A stretch of DNA of 64,000 nucleotides from Lama glama (taxonomy: Eukaryota). Where the stretch lies: the NCBI GenBank assembly GCA_028534125.1, contig CM052817.1:74464001-74528000 (forward strand), given 5' to 3'. Of the stretch, positions 62,850-64,000 are shown one piece after another. Made by a program: the position numbers and the translations under genes. The notes under the pieces were generated by a model that ran no database searches, was not told the DNA's origin, and saw only the letters and a list, made by a program, of their open reading frames with translations. The first letter of the stretch is position 1, and each line of letters opens with the position of its first letter.

Positions 62850-63790
62850 AAATTTTCAAAGTCACCAATTTTGCACCACCCAGAAATATCCTTTATCATT
62901 TTGTCATATTTCCTTTCAGTAGAAATACACATATCAACAGAATACAGCCTCGCCCAGTACTGTATAGCATCATGAGGCATATATATTTGTTTTTTGAGCA
63001 AATAAAATATTGACTTTCTCCAATATCAACAAATATTACATTTTAATATTCTAATTTTTATAATAACAACATTATTAATCCTCTAATGCAGTTATTTGAA
63101 TTGTTTTGGAATTGTAAACAATTTCAATATAGATTTTGCCCACTTTTCGGATCATTTTTGTTGGATTAATTTGTAGGAAAAGAATTACTAGGTTAAAAGG
63201 TATAAATACTTTAAAGTTAAAAAAAAATCCCTTGTCAAGTTGTTTGATGAAAATGTTTAAAACAGTATCCTCTTCCACAACCCCAGTGTAGTGTGTAAAG
63301 TGCCCATTTCCTTAAACTTTGTTAGTTTGACACATGGAAAATATCTCATCTAATGCATTTATTATTATTAAATACGTTTATTGACTAGTGGTATTTCTTT
63401 TTATGAATTATATATTAACTACCATTTCCTTTTTTCTATTAGTGCATTCAGCATTTTATATTGATTTATGATTGCTTATTTATAAAATATACTAAGGTTT
63501 GTAAAATTAATATTTTCAGTTTGTCTTTTACTTTTTATTTGTGGTCATTTTTGAGGTACTGATGCTTCAATTTTAATGTGGTCAAGTCTATAAAATTTCC
63601 CTTTAATGGTCTCTGACATTATTTTGTCTTAAAAGTTCTTTTTCATCACAATAATGTATATATTCACCTATATTTTCTTTCAGTTCTTTGGTTTCTTCAT
63701 AAAGCTCTTTATTCTACACATGTTCTAACTGGAAATAACAAATGGATCAATGTATAAATCTCTGTTCTGTAGATTCCGAATCAGCCATAT
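62850..63790 (-). mobile_element. Ancient L1ME/MC-like fragments
   Basis: agaattactaggttaaaaggtat, aaagtgcccatttcctt, ttttaatgtggtcaagtcta. Confidence 0.65.
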
Positions 63791-64000
63791 TTTTTAAATT
63801 ATATCTCATGATGACTAATTTGGTGAAGGATAATAACTTCATTTGCTTTATACTCCTAGAATTTCTATTAATATTAGCATATTAATGGAAAAGGCAGTCT
63901 TATCCACCCTTCATAAGAATAATATTAGCTGATGATTTATGTAAATAAACTTGATAAAGAGATACATAACAAATTTTGTTTTAACTCTGCTTCATTATTA

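Overview
AT-rich mammalian genomic DNA, almost certainly from a camelid (camel, alpaca or llama), based on a Vic-1-type tRNA-derived SINE and camelid/cetartiodactyl-type L1 3' ends. I find no intact protein-coding gene, RNA gene or CRISPR array. The main non-obvious signal is in the first ~10 kb. About 10-11 minus-strand exons, most with canonical AG/GT sites and mostly compatible intron phases, chain into roughly 800 codons of a protein I cannot identify. The chain carries nonsense codons, frameshifts and three mutated splice sites, so it looks like a decayed multi-exon (unitary-type) pseudogene that runs off the left edge of the window. The rest is largely transposon-derived: L2, MIR, MaLR/ERVL/ERV1 LTRs, Tigger elements and L1s of several ages. 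It includes a fragmented class III (ERV-L-like) provirus with gag, pol and an env-TM remnant, and three TSD-bounded L1 copies that keep both ends but lack most coding sequence. One of these is an ORF1-only, HAL1-like element. A 500-N assembly gap lies at 55963-56462. Repeat subfamily names come from recalled consensus sequences, not from a database search, and many repeat boundaries are approximate.
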